From positions 2,192,101 to 2,256,100 of the forward strand of contig NC_092677.1 of the NCBI RefSeq assembly GCF_964355755.1: a DNA stretch of 64,000 bases, read 5' to 3'. A program made the translations under genes and the position numbers. Positions 60,169 through 64,000 of this stretch are shown here, piece by piece; positions within the stretch are counted from its first letter, which is position 1; every line of letters starts with the position of its first letter. Source of the stretch: Antedon mediterranea. Taxonomy: Eukaryota > Animalia > Echinodermata. The notes below the pieces were generated by a model that saw only the letters and a list, made by a program, of their open reading frames with translations, had not been told where the DNA came from and did not search any database.

Positions 60169-61520
60169 TTTTGTTTATTTATTTACATTCATTATAATTT
60201 CTTGTTTGTACATTAAATAAAAAAATGTTAGTCAAAAATGAACACTATTGGGCTGGACCACTATGACTAAAACCAAAAGAATTTTTTCAAAATCAATGAG
60301 GTTATAAAATAAATTAATATAGTGAGGCTAACAGGGCAAAATTACTGCTATATTCATCAAAAATATTATTTAAGTAATACTATAGAAATAAACTGATATT
60401 TTATGAATTGAAATGAAAACATGAAAATCACAACATACTGTACATGAATGTATATATTTCTTTGAGCTGTGATTACATAGTAGTTGACTCTCTAGTTAAT
60501 TATATAACCTTTTTTTTCTAAGCTAAGTCCTTCGTAATGAGTAGTCAATTTCTTTTATTTAAAAAAACTCCTTTGAAACCTTTAACCAAAATTAAATCAC
60601 TTTAAAAATGTTGTGGCATCACATGAATCTGTCTACGTCTTCTGGCGTTAATTCAGTTTTACAGATTATAAAATTAGTTTTTTCAAGAACTAGGAACTAT
60701 TATATAAATATTGGATTTTACTAATAAAAAAATGTTGACTCAAAATTGTTGTTTTGTTCTGTTGTTGAATAAATGATGTATATTGATTAGGAGTTAATGA
60801 ATAGTGTGGGCGTTACACCACTAAACCCACATGAATGCTAATTTTAATAAATTGTACATTTCAAAATTAATGTAAGTGTACATATTACATTATCATGTCA
60901 TAGAGTCCCATAATAATTAAAAGTTTAAAATTCCAGTCTACAATTTGTTACAAAGAAGATCTGGGTAAATAAAGTACGAGGCATTTTAAAATTTGTGAAA
61001 AAAAACAGATGCAAATGTAAGGAGAGGGATAGTTTTTTATTTATTGAGAGATGAGTGCATAAGCTTTGGTGGTTTCAATAAAAGAAGATCTTTGAAATTC
61101 TACCTCCCAATTTGCTTTTATGATGAATGCATGGCCAAACTATAGAGTGTGCTATAACATTGAAAAATACATCAAATCATAGAGGGCGCTACTAAAAATT
61201 GATTTTGCACAGAGGTGATAATTTCCTGTAATAAAAAAAATGTTTGTTTAGCCTAATTAGTTACATTGGGCCTTTCTAAACTTTCTAAATCGATAATTGT
61301 TCGATAAAATTGTTTTAAAACATTCACACTTCTTTTATCTAATACTAGGGTTTTTGCGGATTCGATACGAAATCGGAATCGTGTTTCTGTGTTCTTTTTC
61401 TTCTATCGTAGAAATATTTATCTCTATGCATTCACACATCTCACAGTCCCCCTCTCTATGTGTATGATGACAATAGAGGGCGCTATTCATATTATTGTTT
61501 ACAATTTTCATGACAACAAG

Positions 61521-61704
61521 ATGGCTGTGGCTGGAATTTTAGAATTAAAAACAACAATTTTCACCGGTAGTTCTGAAGAAGACAAAGCATGTGCCAAGCT
61601 GTTTTGGCAGTCTGTCACTTTACACCCTACAATTGAATCAAGGCTAGTGTCAGGAGATATACGACAGCGTCTACCAGTTGCACCTCAGCCAGGTCAAGAA
61701 GGAG
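61521..61704 (+). CDS. HOATZ: Cilia- and flagella-associated protein HOATZ (C11orf88), first coding exon; the gene continues beyond the window
   Basis: [42 protein letters not shown] matches the recalled HOATZ core (VFAGSSEQD...KQFW.S..YPP.ES.LV...QRLPVA). G|GTAAG donor. Forkhead-like TGTTTAC just upstream. Confidence 0.85.
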
Positions 61705-62173
61705 GTAAGCTAGGCTAGCCTATTTAGGCCTAGCCGCGCTAGTTCCGTTTCGCACCTGTTTTTATTTCGACTTCCTTTTGACTCCAAATTGTTAAGCAAC
61801 TTATTGTGAATACCACACCTTAAAATTGGGCCTCATAAGTACTTTTATGAAGAAGAATCACATAAAAAGTAACTAATAAATCCTTAAATTGATGATTTTA
61901 CCATGGAGTAACTCCATGATTTTACAGACATGTTTCTCGCATACCGTTCGCAAATTTAGCATACTCGAAGTTCAATATTTTCGTTTCTATGGAGCGCCAA
62001 AAGAGCAACAACAATAGATGGTTAAAAACTCAGTGGAATGCGTCTTCTTTTAATGCATTTATTATTGAAATACACGTTTAATTTTAATATATTTTGTCAA
62101 TAAAAATGCTGTAACATTTTACTGCTAATAATTTGCTGTTTTCAAATAGCAACCAACCCTAGACCTAAGACTA

Positions 62174-62535
62174 AAGCCCCTTTCTCACAGAGTTGTGTGC
62201 CAGGAACATTGCGGGAATATACCATTACCATGCCGGTATGGTTTTCTGTGAGAACGGGTCGTCTTGGCATCATGCCGGCACCATGCCGGCATCGACATGA
62301 CCTGCTTTAGACCTAGTAATATTCTAGGGATATTCCCCGCAATGCCAGACGGGCATTCTGTGAGAACGTATTGCCGTTATATTCCGGGGTTCCCCGTCGA
62401 GGCTTTGACACCTTGCGCAGTCAAGTGTATCACTTTGGCGCCTATTCAATTCAATTAACAATAATAATGTCGAACTGGAGGGATAATGAGATAAGAGAGC
62501 TGCTTAAAATAAGGGGACAAGAAGAAATTTGTAGC
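62174..62535 (+). mobile_element. Decayed PIF/Harbinger element: left end plus start of a Myb/SANT-like ORF
   Basis: TAA-AGCCCCTTTCTCACAG terminus; MSNWRDNEIRELLKIRGQEEI at 62467. Confidence 0.6.
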
Positions 62536-62799
62536 ATAATCTATATAGGCCGCTAGGCTAGGCCATTAGCTCTTTGTTCAGGTATATAAACTATACCATA
62601 CTGGCGAGTAAATCATGTTTTACTTTTTAAACCTCGCAACGTCTGGTTGAAAAGGCTACTCGGACCAATAATTTCTATTAGCCTAGGGGTTATTGCGATT
62701 TGGACGTTTCTGATTGGCTGTAGCCATGGACTATATTGATTAACACTGTTCTGATTGGTTGTAGCTTTGAATACATCTTCTCGGAACTCGTCCTTAATA

Positions 62800-64000
62800 C
62801 AATAGCAATTTAGCACAGTGTTTTACTATATAACCAGATAAATAATAGGAAACATTTAATAATTTGATAAATGACATTTAAATAGCAATTTAGGTAAATG
62901 TCTTTTGAAATGAAATTAAATAAATTATAACCAATTTGGTTAGAGTAAAACACAATGATAAAGAATAGGAAACATTTAATAATATGATAAATTACATTTA
63001 CATAGCAATTTAGCACTGTGTTGTACTATAACCAATTTGGTTAGAGTAAAACACAATGATAAAGAATAAGAAACATTTAATAACATGATAAATGACATTT
63101 AGCAATTTAGCACTGTGTTTTACTATAACCAATTTGGTTAGAGTAAAGCACAATGATAAAGAATAGGAAACATTTAATAACATGATAAATGACATTCACA
63201 TAGCAATTTACCACTGTGTTTTACTATAACCAATCAGATTAGAGTAAAACACAATGATAAAGAATAGGAAACATTTAATAATATGATATATAACATTTAC
63301 ATAGCAATTTAGCACTGTGTTTTACTATAACCAATTTGATTAGAGTAAAACACAACGATAAAGAATAGGAAACATTTAATAACATGATAAATTACATTTA
63401 CATAGCAATTTATCACTGTGTTTTACTATAACCAATTTGGTTAGAGTAAAACACAATGATAAAGAATAGGAAACATTTAATAATATGATAAATTACATTT
63501 ACATAGCAATTTATCACTGTGTTTTACTATAACCAATTTGGTTAGAGTAAAACACAATGATAAAGAATAAGAAACATTTAATAACATGATAAATGACATT
63601 TACATAGCAATTTAGCACTGTGTTTTACTATAACCAATTTGGTTAGAGTAAAGCACAATGATAAAGAATAGGAAACATTTAATAACATGATAAATGACAT
63701 TCACATAGCAATTTAGCACTGTGTTTTACTATAACCAATCAGATTAGAGTAAAACACAATGATAAAGAATAGGAAACATTTAATAATATGATATATAACA
63801 TTTACATAGCAATTTAGCACTGTGTTTTACTATAACCAATTTGATTAGAGTAAAACTCAACGATAAAGAATAGGAAACATTTAATAACATGATAAATTAC
63901 ATTTACATAGCAATTTATCACTGTGTTTTACTATAACCAATTTGGTTAGAGTAAAACACAATGATAAAGAATAGGAAACATTTAATAATATGATAAATTA
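62800..64000. repeat. 101-bp satellite, about 12 copies, running off the window, with a 5-unit higher-order pattern
   Basis: ATAGCAATTT unit starts at 63301, 63402, 63503 and onward; variant pattern repeats every 505 bp. Confidence 0.95.

Overview
AT-rich eukaryotic genomic DNA from an invertebrate animal; a marine deuterostome such as an echinoderm is plausible but is inference. It is not prokaryotic, so most long ORFs in the track are exon fragments or repeat artefacts. Spliced genes reconstructed by hand: SDHC (-, 3' end runs off the window), CKS1-like (+), CFAP91/MAATS1 (-, 16 exons), an intronless tandem-CARD protein (+), EURL/C21orf91-like (-, with a GC-AG intron), UBASH3/STS-like (+, apparent 1-bp frameshift just before the phosphatase motif), a decayed YWTD/LDLR-class-B pseudogene hit by a LINE (-), POLR2H (+) and exon 1 of HOATZ/C11orf88 (+). 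Introns hold many non-autonomous DNA transposons (Harbinger-type MITEs, Kolobok-like TTAA elements, an AcademH-like element) and minisatellites. The most unusual signals are: 17-32 bp palindromes with 7-bp duplications resembling P-element excision footprints; TAGGCCTA-type motifs clustered behind first exons; a CARD-CARD-only gene; a 63-bp intronic repeat open on both strands; and a satellite with 5-mer higher-order structure. No clearly novel multi-gene system could be supported.
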